A DNA stretch of 45,801 nucleotides from an uncultured Bacilli bacterium (GTDB lineage Bacteria > Bacillota_I > Bacilli_A > RF39 > UBA660), in contig CALVRL010000002.1 in assembly GCA_944358625.1 (NCBI GenBank), positions 1-45,801 on the forward strand, read 5' to 3'. Shown here in pieces: positions 1 through 10,031 of the stretch. Both the position numbers and the translations under genes were made by a program. The first letter of the stretch is position 1. Each line of letters opens with the position of its first letter. Below the pieces are notes generated by a model. It searched no databases. It was not told the DNA's origin and saw nothing but the letters and a program-made list of their open reading frames with translations.

Positions 1-100
1 TTCCGTGAATTGCGAAGCAGTCATCTACTACTACTGATACGATACCACGCATACGGTTTTCACTGTCGACTTTACGTACGTTGACTGATGTGATTTTCAA
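1..100 (-). CDS. spoVG: SpoVG, 5' end only (gene runs off the left edge)
   Basis: Not in the ORF track. The minus strand from TTG at 100-98 (SD GGGAGAGG a few nt upstream) reads MKITSVNVRKVDSENRMRGIVSVVVDDCFAIHG. This matches the conserved SpoVG N-terminus (B. subtilis [36 protein letters not shown], recalled from memory). The frame is open to the window edge and the segment is less AT-rich than its flanks. Confidence 0.8.
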   Translation of the reverse strand, partial: MKITSVNVRKVDSENRMRGIVSVVVDDCFAIHG

Positions 101-187
101 GCTAACCTCTCCCTTCTAGCATGATTTCATTTTCATTGTACAATAATTTATTTTAAAAATCAAGTAGAAGTTGTCTTTAAACGTATA

Positions 188-430
188 TTATTCGTATATT
201 TTTATGGTTTTTGTAATAATATCGGTATAGGAAAAGGATTTTACTGCTTTATTTTCTTTTAATTCTATTAAAAAAACACAGTTATATAGTTTGATTATTT
301 TTGCTTCATATGTTTCATATTTGTTTCTTCCTAGGTTGTATTTTATTTTGACTATTTTTCCTAAATATGGAATTAGGGCTTTTTTTATTGTATGTATCGT
401 ACAACTACTTTTAACGGGGATAACCAACAT
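188..430 (-). CDS. veg: Veg family protein (DUF1021)
   Basis: 80-aa ORF. IKKALIPYLGKIVKIKYNLGRNKYETYEAKIIKLYNCVFLIEL...SFSYTDIITKTIKI parallels B. subtilis Veg ([43 protein letters not shown]...VSYSYADILTETVEL). It sits next to yabG as in Bacillus. Confidence 0.75.
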   Translation of the reverse strand: MLVIPVKSSCTIHTIKKALIPYLGKIVKIKYNLGRNKYETYEAKIIKLYNCVFLIELKENKAVKSFSYTDIITKTIKIYE

Positions 431-1205
431 ACATTGTTCCTTTCGTTATTATTCCTCCCATTCCGTCTTTACCGTATTTTGTTTTATCTAGTATATCTTT
501 AATATCTATATCTTTATTTATGTCTGATAAACTCATTTTGGCTGCTACTATTGCGGGATCTAGGGCATGTATGTTTATTCTTTTTGGACTTGATGCGAAA
601 TTAGCTCCTGCTCTGATTAACTCTTCATAATATGATGAGCATCCTCCTGATATTATTATTAATTTTTCATGACTATTTTCATATTTTCTCGCTTCTTTGA
701 TGGCGTCTGAAAAATACTTGCTATTTTTATATGCTTCTATATTGTTTGTTTCTCCTTTTCTTTTATAATAGGCATCGTGACCTGTAATAACTACTATATT
801 GGGTTTATATTTATTTAACCACTCTCGCATATGTTTTGGCATGTTTTTTTCTTCTTCATTTATTCCCATAGCCCATATGTTTATATCTTTATAATAGTCT
901 AAACATCTTTTTAAAAAATCTTTGTCGCTATCTATGTGAAGTATTTTCCCTGGTAAATAGAAAAAATCATTTCTATCTAGCTCTTCTTTTGTCTGTATTC
1001 TTTCTAAAAATGTTTTTTCTCCTTCAATATCTCCTCCTTCGTATTTTTTTAAATCTTCTACTGGACTATCTACTAATAATCTAACATTTATTCCTTTTAA
1101 TTCACATGTGCTTTCTTCTATTTTTTGTATTTTAAATACAATATCGTTATTATGTGAATTTCGGGTTACTAAATCACCTATTTTAAATTCCATATTATCA
1201 CCCAA
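411..1205 (-). CDS. yabG: sporulation-specific protease YabG
   Basis: 264-aa ORF. The N-terminus MEFKIGDLVTRNSHNNDIVFKIQKIE resembles YabG (MQFQIGDMVARKSY..DVLFRI). Size and yabG-veg synteny fit. Confidence 0.75.
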   Translation of the reverse strand: MGDNMEFKIGDLVTRNSHNNDIVFKIQKIEESTCELKGINVRLLVDSPVEDLKKYEGGDIEGEKTFLERIQTKEELDRNDFFYLPGKILHIDSDKDFLKRCLDYYKDINIWAMGINEEEKNMPKHMREWLNKYKPNIVVITGHDAYYKRKGETNNIEAYKNSKYFSDAIKEARKYENSHEKLIIISGGCSSYYEELIRAGANFASSPKRINIHALDPAIVAAKMSLSDINKDIDIKDILDKTKYGKDGMGGIITKGTMYVGYPR

Positions 1206-1259
1206 ATAAGTATATGTTAGAAAATTTTTTTTATCACTATAAAAAGTTCCAAAATGGAA

Positions 1260-3764
1260 CTATTTATTTAATATGGCATCTATTGGTTTAATTCTATTTA
1301 CTCTACTAATTGAAATAAATGTTATTACTAAAGCTATTATAATTGTAAAGATAAACATACCTAATGGAACTAATGGACTTTTTATTATTCCGTTTAAGGT
1401 ATAATACATGTTTCCAAACATACTTTTATTTAATAAATTACAAGCATATATCCAACCTATAACTGATAATATCCATGATATGAAACCGATTATTAATGAT
1501 TCATAGGTAAATATTTTTAAGGTATCTTTATTTCTAGCTCCTAGGGCTCTTAAGATTCCTATTTCTTTTTTAGCATATGATATTGATGTTCCTATGAAGT
1601 TTGAAAATAGTAAAATAGCAAATAAAACAAAGATTAAACTTACTACTAATATGTATTTATATAGTGCTTTATATGTACCAATAACCGTAGATATATCTGA
1701 CTCATGAGGTATACTATAGGTATAATATGTTCCATTTGGAAAATCTCTTATTTGATTAAATTTATATTTGTTAAAAATTTCTTTTAGATTTTTAATGTTA
1801 TTATCATAAATATATACTTCTTCTAATGTTTTGGTTTTTGGTGTATATTCTTCTACATATTCGTTACTGACATATGAATTATCTTCTAGGGTTACTCCTA
1901 TAGTGTTTATAACGATATTATCTGTTTTACCTGTTTCTTGATTATATTTTTTTAGTTTTATTTTTAATGCTTTAAAACTATTAGTATTTAAATAATTTTG
2001 GGTATAGGTTTCTACAATGTCATTATATGAGAGTGTGCTGTTATTTTTTGAATAATCTTCTAACCCTTGATTATAATTTGGATCTAGTTTTTTTAAATCA
2101 TTTATAGATAATATTACTTCATTTTTACTTAATTTGTTTACTTCTTTTAATCCTTCTTTGGTAATTATAGTTTTATTTTCGTTTAAACTATTTAAATTAA
2201 ATGTGGATATTTCTTCTGGATTAATATTATCATTATCTATTATATTTGTAATAGACATTTTAGTTAATATTTCTCTTTTATCACTATTTAATTTAGCTAC
2301 ATTTGTAAAACCTTTTACGTAAACGGTGCATGATGGTTCAATATAATCATTTTGTATGTAATTTCTTAGGTCATAATTATTAATCGGATTTCCATTTTTA
2401 TATTTTTTAAACTGACTATTATCGTCATCTACTACTCCTGATATAGTGACTTTGTTATCACCTAATTTTAATTCATGTTTTGAATTTACAAGCTCTTCAA
2501 TACTTTTTGGTTTATATAAATTATTTTCACTATCGATAACACCATATTTAATTATGTATTCGGCAAAATATTTATGAATGATTAATTCTTGATTTGTCTC
2601 TGGAAGTTTACCTATTAATTTACCTACTACTTTATCATCTGTTATTTCAACGAATCTGATAATAGCTGGTTCATTCATATAATAATCTGGTTTTTCTATT
2701 TCTGACGCACCTAATTCAAATGTTAAAATTGAATTATTATCATATAACATATAAGCTTTGTTTAAGGTACTTTGGGTATCTTTTTCAATTTGTTTTATGT
2801 CTTCTTCTTTTAATTCATATGTTCTTTGATCATATAATCCATAATATTCTGTTTTATTTACGGTATAGACATATTGGTTATTTTCCTTCATGGTGTTGGT
2901 CATTAAATCTACTTTATCAAATATTAAACAGTTTACGGTAAAGCCCATAAAGATTAAAGCCATGGCTGTTAATATGCAAGTCATTAAAAGTTTTAATGGT
3001 TTTATGGTAAGGGATTTTAATGCTAATTTAATACTATAGGAAAATGGAAGTTTTGATTTTTTTAATTTTAACTTTTCTTCTTTTTCTTCTATTTCTGGGT
3101 TTGTATCTTTTATAATATTTCCGTCTTTTAGTTCTATTATTCTATCGGCATATTTATTTGCGAATTCTATATCATGTGAGACAACTATTACTAGTTTTTC
3201 TTTAGATATTTCTTTTAATAAATCAAATATTTGTTTTCCGTTTGTTTGATCTAAATTACCTGTAGGTTCATCGGCTAGGATTATTTGGGGGTTTTTAATT
3301 AAAGCTCTAGCAATGGCAACTCTTTGTTTTTGTCCTCCTGATAATTCGTTTGGTTTTCTTTGCTCTAAATCTTTTAATCCTAAACGATTTAATAAATTTT
3401 CTACTTCATCTTTTTGGGGTTTTTGATTTTGCAGTCTTAAAGCTAGTTCTATATTTTCATAGACACTATACTCTTCTAAAATATTAAATTCTTGAAAGAT
3501 AAATCCTATATACGCATTTCTATATGAATCATACTGTTTATTTTTAAATTTACTTATGTTTTGATTATTTATTAATAATTCGCCACTTGTTATATTATCT
3601 AATCCACCTAATATATTTAACATGGTGGATTTTCCACTGCCTGACTTTCCTACTATAAAAACTAAACCGACATTTCCTATTTTTAAATTTATATTATTTA
3701 AGGCTTTTGTCTCTACTCCTTTTTTTGTTTTATAAGTTTTACTTACATTTTTAAACTCTATCAT
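1260..3764 (-). CDS. ABC transporter, fused ATP-binding and FtsX/MacB-type permease protein
   Basis: 834-aa ORF. N-terminal ABC ATPase with Walker A GKSGSGKST, signature LSGGQKQRVAIARAL and Walker B ILADEPTGNLD. This is followed by a TM helix, a long extracytoplasmic region and a C-terminal FtsX-like 4-TM bundle. Confidence 0.85.
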   Translation of the reverse strand: MIEFKNVSKTYKTKKGVETKALNNINLKIGNVGLVFIVGKSGSGKSTMLNILGGLDNITSGELLINNQNISKFKNKQYDSYRNAYIGFIFQEFNILEEYSVYENIELALRLQNQKPQKDEVENLLNRLGLKDLEQRKPNELSGGQKQRVAIARALIKNPQIILADEPTGNLDQTNGKQIFDLLKEISKEKLVIVVSHDIEFANKYADRIIELKDGNIIKDTNPEIEEKEEKLKLKKSKLPFSYSIKLALKSLTIKPLKLLMTCILTAMALIFMGFTVNCLIFDKVDLMTNTMKENNQYVYTVNKTEYYGLYDQRTYELKEEDIKQIEKDTQSTLNKAYMLYDNNSILTFELGASEIEKPDYYMNEPAIIRFVEITDDKVVGKLIGKLPETNQELIIHKYFAEYIIKYGVIDSENNLYKPKSIEELVNSKHELKLGDNKVTISGVVDDDNSQFKKYKNGNPINNYDLRNYIQNDYIEPSCTVYVKGFTNVAKLNSDKREILTKMSITNIIDNDNINPEEISTFNLNSLNENKTIITKEGLKEVNKLSKNEVILSINDLKKLDPNYNQGLEDYSKNNSTLSYNDIVETYTQNYLNTNSFKALKIKLKKYNQETGKTDNIVINTIGVTLEDNSYVSNEYVEEYTPKTKTLEEVYIYDNNIKNLKEIFNKYKFNQIRDFPNGTYYTYSIPHESDISTVIGTYKALYKYILVVSLIFVLFAILLFSNFIGTSISYAKKEIGILRALGARNKDTLKIFTYESLIIGFISWILSVIGWIYACNLLNKSMFGNMYYTLNGIIKSPLVPLGMFIFTIIIALVITFISISRVNRIKPIDAILNK

Positions 3765-3849
3765 TTTGACCCCTACTTTCTAGTTTAATTTTACCACATT
3801 TTTAGAATTAAATATATTAAAAACTCTGAAATTAATCAGAGTTTACAAA

Positions 3850-4770
3850 TTATATTTTTAAATATTTTCTAACTGCTCTCCATGATCCAAACATACCTAC
3901 TAAAATACCTATACCTAAAAGTAATAGTGATGTTGTATAAACGAATGGTACTGGTTCGATTAGTTTGATAAATTCAGAAAATAGATGTCCATCAAAATTT
4001 CTATATAATGCGTTATAGCCATAAATTGTCGTTAATATTGGAATTATTGATCCTAATGCACCTAATAATAATCCTTCTATGATAAATGGGATTCTAATAT
4101 TTAAGTTAGAAGCGCCTATTAAACGCATGATACCAATTTCTCTTTGTCTAGAATTAATAGTAATTTTAATGGTATTTGAAATTAAGAATGCTGTAACTAA
4201 AATAAGTGCGACAACTGCTCCTAAACATATTTTATGGATGAAATCAAATGTAGATATTAATTGTTCTACCATTCCTTCTCCATATTTAACTAATGTTATA
4301 CCATCTATTTTTTCTATGGAGTTAGCTGTTTTATCTATTTTTTCAATATCTTTAACTTTTACTTGGAATGTATTTTGGATTGGATTTTCTTCATCTGTCC
4401 AGTTTTTCATAATGCTATCGAATGTTTCTGATGAATCTCTCATGTCTTTTGTGATGTCTTGTTTTGAACGAAATTCGTATGATTCTACATTGTTTATAAC
4501 GCTTATTTCATCTTTTATTTCGTCTATTTGTTCATCACTATATTCGTTATCTATAAAAGCTACTATGGTTACGTCTCTTTCTACTAGTTTTGTAAAATTA
4601 TCAACGTTATTTGATAATACCATTGATACGGCTACGACTATTAAAGTTATAGTTATGCAGGAAATTGATGCGAAAGATAATGAAAAGTTTCTAAATACTC
4701 CTTTAAAAGCATCTCTAAAATTTCTTCCAATAATTCTAAATGTTCGCATTGCTATATGTTCCTTTCTCAT
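3850..4770 (-). CDS. ftsX: cell-division ABC transporter permease FtsX
   Basis: 306-aa ORF directly downstream of and overlapping ftsE. N-terminal TM, large extracellular loop and C-terminal 3 TM (FtsX topology). An alternative start ATG at 4749 (MRTFRIIGRNF...) is preceded by AAAGGA. Confidence 0.8.
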   Translation of the reverse strand: MRKEHIAMRTFRIIGRNFRDAFKGVFRNFSLSFASISCITITLIVVAVSMVLSNNVDNFTKLVERDVTIVAFIDNEYSDEQIDEIKDEISVINNVESYEFRSKQDITKDMRDSSETFDSIMKNWTDEENPIQNTFQVKVKDIEKIDKTANSIEKIDGITLVKYGEGMVEQLISTFDFIHKICLGAVVALILVTAFLISNTIKITINSRQREIGIMRLIGASNLNIRIPFIIEGLLLGALGSIIPILTTIYGYNALYRNFDGHLFSEFIKLIEPVPFVYTTSLLLLGIGILVGMFGSWRAVRKYLKI

Positions 4771-5431
4771 AATCTTTTAAAACTCTTCCGGCATCTAATA
4801 CTATAACTCTTTTGTTCATTTTTTTAACTATGTTGATGTCGTGTGTAACCATTATAATTGTCGTACCTAATTTGTTGATTTCTTCTAAAACTGACATGAT
4901 TTCCATTCCTGTTGATGGGTCTAGGTTTCCTGTAGGCTCATCACATATTAATAATTTTGGCCCATTAACTATGGCTCTTGCTATGGCAACACGCTGTTGC
5001 TCTCCGCCTGATAGCTGTGATGGATAACTTTTTATTTTATTTTTTAATCCTACTAATTCTAATACTTTTAATACTTTGGCATGTATTTCGTCTTTTGGTA
5101 AGCCAAATATTTCTAGGGCAAAAGCTACATTTTCATATACTGTTGATTTTGGAAGTAATTTATAATCTTGGAAAACTACTCCTATTTTTCTTCTTATTTT
5201 ATAAACTTTTCCGTTTCTTAATTTTCCAACATCTATTCCTCCTACAACTATTTGTCCTGATGTTGGTTTTTCTTCACGGTATAACATTTTAATTAGAGTA
5301 CTTTTTCCACAACCTGTTGAACCTATTATAAATACAAAATCTCCTTTTGCTATGGTTAAGTTTAAATCTTGTATGGCTGTAACTCCTGTCTTGTATGTTT
5401 TTTTGACTCTTGTCATTTTTATTAAATCCAC
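4736..5431 (-). CDS. ftsE: cell-division ATP-binding protein FtsE
   Basis: 231-aa ABC ATPase with GSTGCGKST, LSGGEQQRVAIARAI and LICDEPTGNLD. Coupled to ftsX. Confidence 0.9.
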   Translation of the reverse strand: MDLIKMTRVKKTYKTGVTAIQDLNLTIAKGDFVFIIGSTGCGKSTLIKMLYREEKPTSGQIVVGGIDVGKLRNGKVYKIRRKIGVVFQDYKLLPKSTVYENVAFALEIFGLPKDEIHAKVLKVLELVGLKNKIKSYPSQLSGGEQQRVAIARAIVNGPKLLICDEPTGNLDPSTGMEIMSVLEEINKLGTTIIMVTHDINIVKKMNKRVIVLDAGRVLKDYEKGTYSNANI

Positions 5432-5445
5432 AATATCACTTCTTT

Positions 5446-6330
5446 CTATTTATGACCTTTTATTTCATATGTATCTATTACTATGACAAATGCTTCGGGA
5501 TCAAGTTTTTTTATGGCTTCTGTGGCGATAAAGTATTCTCTTGTTGGTATCGCACATAATAATACTTTTTTCTTTTTACTTGTGTATCCACCTTCTGCAT
5601 CTATTTCGGTTACTCCATGATTTAATGTTTTAATTATAAAGTTTTTAATTGCTTTTTCTTCTGTTGTTATTATTTCTAATGTTTTATATTCGGATATACC
5701 TAATATTACTCTGTCACTTATAATTCCTGATGAATATAGGGTTATAATTGAATATATAAATGCTGGCCATCCAAAGAATATTCCTCCGGCTAACATTATT
5801 AATCCTTCTGAATATAGATTGGCCTTACTATATGGCATTTTACCATAATGTGATAGAATTTGTTTTAAAACATCTGTTCCGCCTGTTGTAAAGTTATTTT
5901 TAAAAACAAATCCCGTCCCTATTCCACTTATAAGTGCGCCACAAAGGGCGATAACTATCATTTCAGTATTTCCTAGATCAATATAATTTGGAAAAAATTC
6001 TGTTAATTTTATAAAGACTGGATACATTATTGATCCTATAATTGTAGGTCTTGTCTTGTCAAACCCTAGGAAAACAAAACTGGCTATTAGTAAAAGTACG
6101 TTCCCTAATAAAATAACTAATGATGGATCAATCTTAAATAGCTTTTCGGTAATTATTGAAAATCCACTGACACCGAATATTAAATTGCATGGTTTTAGAA
6201 AAACGTTGAAGGCAAAAGCTGATAAAAAAATTCCTATAAAAAACATTATATAACGTCTGATTTTTTTACTGCTTGTAATCTCTTTTAAAAGATTAATGTC
6301 ACTCATTTGCTTTTTTTTAGCAAATATCAT
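5446..6330 (-). CDS. YitT family membrane protein (DUF2179 C-terminal domain)
   Basis: 294-aa ORF with 5-6 TM helices, a GGTDVL motif and a soluble C-terminal domain (VTEIDAEGGYT...VIVIDTYEIKG) typical of YitT/DUF2179. Confidence 0.7.
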   Translation of the reverse strand: MIFAKKKQMSDINLLKEITSSKKIRRYIMFFIGIFLSAFAFNVFLKPCNLIFGVSGFSIITEKLFKIDPSLVILLGNVLLLIASFVFLGFDKTRPTIIGSIMYPVFIKLTEFFPNYIDLGNTEMIVIALCGALISGIGTGFVFKNNFTTGGTDVLKQILSHYGKMPYSKANLYSEGLIMLAGGIFFGWPAFIYSIITLYSSGIISDRVILGISEYKTLEIITTEEKAIKNFIIKTLNHGVTEIDAEGGYTSKKKKVLLCAIPTREYFIATEAIKKLDPEAFVIVIDTYEIKGHK

Positions 6331-6343
6331 TATTCATTCCTCC

Positions 6344-7442
6344 CTATTCTCTATTTTTTCTTAAATTTGCACTTATGAATTTGTCTATGTCTCCATCCAT
6401 TACTTTATTTACGTTTGTTTCTTCAATGTTCGTCCTATGGTCTTTTACTAATGAATATGGATGCATTACGTAACTTCTGATTTGAGATCCAAAATTGATG
6501 TCTTTTTGCTCTCCTTTTAATTCTTTTAATTCATTTCTTTTATTTTCTTCCTCTATTTCGTATAACTTACTTTTTAGTATCTGCATGGCTTTTGCTTTGT
6601 TTTGAACTTGACTTCTTTCGTTTTGACAAGTTACAACTATACCTGTTGGTAAATGGGTTATTCTAACTGCACTATCTGTTGTATTGACGCTTTGTCCACC
6701 TGCTCCTGAACTATGGAAAACATCTATTTTTAAGTCTTTTTCGTTTATATCGACTTTTACTGTGTCATCGATAACTGGTGTGACGCTTACTGAGGCGAAT
6801 GAAGTATGTCTTCTAGCTCCTGAATCAAATGGAGATATTCTGACTAGTCTATGTATTCCTTTTTCATTTTTTAAATATCCATAGGCATATAATCCTTTTA
6901 TTATTAATGTAATACTTTTGATACCTGCTTCTAATCCCATTTGTTTATCTATTACTTCTAATTTGTAATTTTTCTTTTCGGTATATCTTGAATACATTCT
7001 ATAAAGCATGTCGGCCCAGTCACAGGCTTCTGTTCCTCCGGCTCCTGAATGTATTTCTAAAACGGCATCGTTTTTGTCATATTCACCGTTTAATAATATT
7101 AAAGTTTCTTCTTCTTCTATTTTTTTATTTAAAGTTTTACTTTCATTTTCAAGCCATTTTATGCTATCTTCGTCTACTATTTCTGTTACTTTGGCCATTT
7201 CTAAATAATCTTTTGTCTCTTCTAATAGGTTTTGGACTTCTTCTAGAACTTTTTTTTCATTATTTAAATTTGTTATTACTTCTTCACTATGTTTTTTGTC
7301 ATCCCAAAAATGTGGTTTTGATATTTCTTCTTCTAATTTTTTGATTGTTTCTTTTCTTTTCTCTGGGTCAAAGTGACCTCCATAATTCATTTAGTTTTTT
7401 TTGATATTTTTCGTATGTATTTATTATTTCTTTAAGTTCCAT
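6344..7442 (-). CDS. prfB: peptide chain release factor 2, needs programmed +1 frameshift
   Basis: The 348-aa ORF (6344-7390) carries the RF2 motifs SPF (RISPFDS) and GGQ (SGAGGQSVNTT). Its true N-terminus is a 24-codon frame-0 ORF from ATG 7442 (MELKEIINTYEKYQKKLNELWRSL). That ORF ends at the classical shift site CTT TGA C, with an internal SD-like GGAGG just upstream. Confidence 0.9.
7367..7381 (-). promoter_or_regulatory. RF2 autoregulatory +1 frameshift site (GGAGG TCA CTT TGA C)
   Basis: On the minus strand, CTT is at 7373-7371, the in-frame TGA at 7370-7368 and the following C at 7367. The SD-like GGAGG lies at 7381-7377. This matches the canonical prfB recoding signal. Confidence 0.85.
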
Positions 7443-7530
7443 TGGTTAGCCTCCTATCATTAATTAATTATAACAAATTATTTAATTTTTTACTAGCTTA
7501 TTTAGCCTCAAAAAAAATATAAATTAATCT

Positions 7531-7806
7531 TTATATTTTTTTTAGTATGAAATACTTACAATCGTATGCCCCATTTTCTTTTATATATTCTTCAGTTTTA
7601 TCTATATCGTTTATTGGTTTATATTTTTTATTTTTCTTATCACAAAAACCTTTTAAACGTAATTTCCCATATGCCCAGTCACCTAGTATGTAATCATAAT
7701 CCTCAAAATATTCTGTATATCTTTCTTTTACGGTTTCAAAATCAAAGGCATTTTTATAATCTTTAATTAATTCATAATTATTATTTTCTATTTGATATGT
7801 TTTCAT
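7531..7806 (-). CDS. YutD-like protein (DUF1027)
   Basis: 91-aa ORF. ELIKDYKNAFDFETVKERYTEYFEDYDYILGDWAYGKLRLKGF matches the YutD signature (DKYDYIVGDWGYGQLRLKGF). Confidence 0.7.
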   Translation of the reverse strand: MKTYQIENNNYELIKDYKNAFDFETVKERYTEYFEDYDYILGDWAYGKLRLKGFCDKKNKKYKPINDIDKTEEYIKENGAYDCKYFILKKI

Positions 7807-7839
7807 ATTTTCTTCACCAGTTATATTATAACTTATATT

Positions 7840-8583
7840 TTAATTATTTGGAAGTGTTATAGATGGAGTTGCTGTATTTAAGTTTCCATAATAACTTGGT
7901 ACTTTACCATTTACTAATTTTATGGCTATTGGAACTTTAGTTTCCAATTCTATTTCTTTATCATAAAAGGGCAAGATGATGTTTTCGGTAATTTTTATGT
8001 TGGCATACACTTTTATTAATGCATTATTTATTCCATAATTTGTTACTTCTGTAGATATATTACTTACTACATCACCTGTTAGTGATATTTTTATTGGAAT
8101 TTGAGCACCAAAGTTAGCAAATATTGGATTATTAAATATAAAACCGCTATTTAGGTAATATATAATTCCTTTTTTTAAGTTTTCTTCATCATAATTTTCT
8201 AATAATCCTGCTTGATATTCTATTTTATCTATATTTCCTTCTTCTATATATTTTAAGTTTCTTTGTATGCTTTTGGTCGCATCTGTAAGATAACTATTTA
8301 TGAGTGCTGTGTTGAAGTCTATTGATTCTATCTCATTATTATCTTGTGTAATTAAAAACAAATTATTGATATCTACTTTTTCTGTAATATATTTATCTAT
8401 GGCATCATTTATTATTATGCTGGAAAATTTTTTGGCTTCTAATGAACCATATTTAAATAGACTTGGCATTATTTTTTCTTTGATTTGATTAAATACTATG
8501 TATAGGCTTATCAAGGTTAATAATAGAAAAACGGCAAATATGTTTATTGGTTTTAATTTTCTTTTTAAATGGATTTTTTTCAT
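7840..8583 (-). CDS. yunB: sporulation protein YunB-like
   Basis: 247-aa ORF with one N-terminal TM. The following region (EAKKFSSIIINDAIDKYITEKVD...ESIDFNTALINSYL) and the size resemble YunB. Assigned from memory of the family. Confidence 0.55.
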   Translation of the reverse strand: MKKIHLKRKLKPINIFAVFLLLTLISLYIVFNQIKEKIMPSLFKYGSLEAKKFSSIIINDAIDKYITEKVDINNLFLITQDNNEIESIDFNTALINSYLTDATKSIQRNLKYIEEGNIDKIEYQAGLLENYDEENLKKGIIYYLNSGFIFNNPIFANFGAQIPIKISLTGDVVSNISTEVTNYGINNALIKVYANIKITENIILPFYDKEIELETKVPIAIKLVNGKVPSYYGNLNTATPSITLPNN

Positions 8584-8614
8584 ATTTAATTATATTCAAA
8601 AAAACTAGTATTAA

Positions 8615-9937
8615 CTAGCTTTTTCGGTATCTAAATTTATAAGTTACTTCTAATTTATAATTATTATTTGTAGCAAACTGTGGAATAGTCATTTTTACTT
8701 TTTTTTCAAAGTCTTGACGGTTTAATGGTTCATCTAAAACTTTTAAAGATAATATATCGTATTTTATTCTAAATCTTGTCATTATTTTTCTTTCTTCTAC
8801 TCTGTATTCTGATGTCTCTGCACTCGAATGACTTTCTGAATCCCAAGATGTTGGGGTTCCTAAAGTTTCTGTTTCTTCATCTTTAAATGGTTTATCATTA
8901 GGCTGTCTTGAAGTATATGAACTATATTTTCTTTTTTGGCCATTATACCATCGCCACATTTTATCTCTATATCTATATAATGTAGTTGTATCGTCATCTC
9001 TTTGGTCATATTTGTCTGTATCTACATCTTCTTGTGCGCTATATTGACCACTATTATAATATACTTTTTCGCCATCTTTATTTAAATAGTAAAACTTGTA
9101 TCCTGTTGTACTTTGTATTGTACGGTAATCTTTTTCTTCTGGGTAATTTAAAGAATAGTCTGTCCAATTAGTATATATTTCACTACCTTCATCTTTATTT
9201 ACATATCCTTGAGGCTGCTCTGATGAAAAGTCCGAATAGTCTCCCTCTATATCATACCACTTCCATGAGCGGTCTCTATATCTATAATAATATGTTGTAT
9301 CATTTTCTATATTAGATATTTCGGCTTCTTTTGGTATACTTGGTAATTTTTCTTCATCTAATGGTAATCTAATTCCATATTTTGATGTTTCATCTTGGAG
9401 TTCTGAATCATCAAAATAATCTGTCCAACCTGTAGTACTTGTATCTTTTATGTAATAGTTATAATATGGGATAATATCTACAATGGCTTTGCCACTTGGA
9501 TATGATGTTTGTTCTTTACTCCATTCACCATATTTTTTATTTACTGAACACTGACCACAATTTCTAACATCTATGGTGTATAAATAATCCTCTTTGTATT
9601 TTGTTATTTTTACATTTCCTGAACATAAACTATTATTTGTATTTGCACTTGATAAATATTTGTCATTATATAAATCATCTAACCTAACTGTTGTAGTTTC
9701 GCCTTCTAAAGTTGGTAAATTTCCTTGGTCTTTAGCATATTTTAAACTTGCGTTTTCAATACTTTTATATACATTTAAACAGTTACCATTTTGAATTAAA
9801 GCAACTATTATAAAAATTATAATTACTACAGGTAAAACTGTACCTATAACAAAGAAAAAACGTAATAATGGTTTTTTATTTTCAAAAGACTGATTTATTG
9901 TATTTCCTTCTTCATCTACATATCCTCTTCTTTTCAT
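8615..9937 (-). CDS. membrane-anchored hypothetical protein with duplicated Y-R-Y-R-D-x-x-W-x-W-Y motif
   Basis: 440-aa ORF with an N-terminal TM (FFFVIGTVLPVVIIIFIIVALI), a Cys-containing extracellular head and two copies of DTT..YRYRD(R/K)xW(K/R)WY...S(E/R)QP. No family recognised. Confidence 0.6.
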   Translation of the reverse strand: MKRRGYVDEEGNTINQSFENKKPLLRFFFVIGTVLPVVIIIFIIVALIQNGNCLNVYKSIENASLKYAKDQGNLPTLEGETTTVRLDDLYNDKYLSSANTNNSLCSGNVKITKYKEDYLYTIDVRNCGQCSVNKKYGEWSKEQTSYPSGKAIVDIIPYYNYYIKDTSTTGWTDYFDDSELQDETSKYGIRLPLDEEKLPSIPKEAEISNIENDTTYYYRYRDRSWKWYDIEGDYSDFSSEQPQGYVNKDEGSEIYTNWTDYSLNYPEEKDYRTIQSTTGYKFYYLNKDGEKVYYNSGQYSAQEDVDTDKYDQRDDDTTTLYRYRDKMWRWYNGQKRKYSSYTSRQPNDKPFKDEETETLGTPTSWDSESHSSAETSEYRVEERKIMTRFRIKYDILSLKVLDEPLNRQDFEKKVKMTIPQFATNNNYKLEVTYKFRYRKS

Positions 9938-9995
9938 TTTGTCACCCCTTGTATTATAATTTTATCACATATATATTTTTTTTAAAATATTTTAA

Positions 9996-10024
9996 AGAAA
10001 AAAAGTCTCGTAAAGACTTTTTTA
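9996..10024 (-). terminator. intrinsic terminator after the lipoprotein gene
   Basis: The minus strand reads AAAAAAGTCTTTACGAGACTTTTTTT. It has a 5-6 bp GC-containing stem (GTCT..AGAC) followed by a T-run, just 3' of the stop at 10032. Confidence 0.6.
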
Positions 10025-10031
10025 TCTTATG

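Noticed and set aside
4079-4780. 233-aa plus-strand ORF antisense to ftsX. Similar antisense or alternate-frame ORFs occur elsewhere, e.g. 2134-2322, 6988-7344, 12631-12915, 18921-19250, 23002-23286, 33459-33803, 35452-35784 and 40523-40792.
   Set aside because: They lie entirely inside well-supported genes on the opposite strand or in another frame. Long spurious ORFs are expected in AT-rich DNA because stop codons are depleted on the antisense of K/N/I-rich genes.
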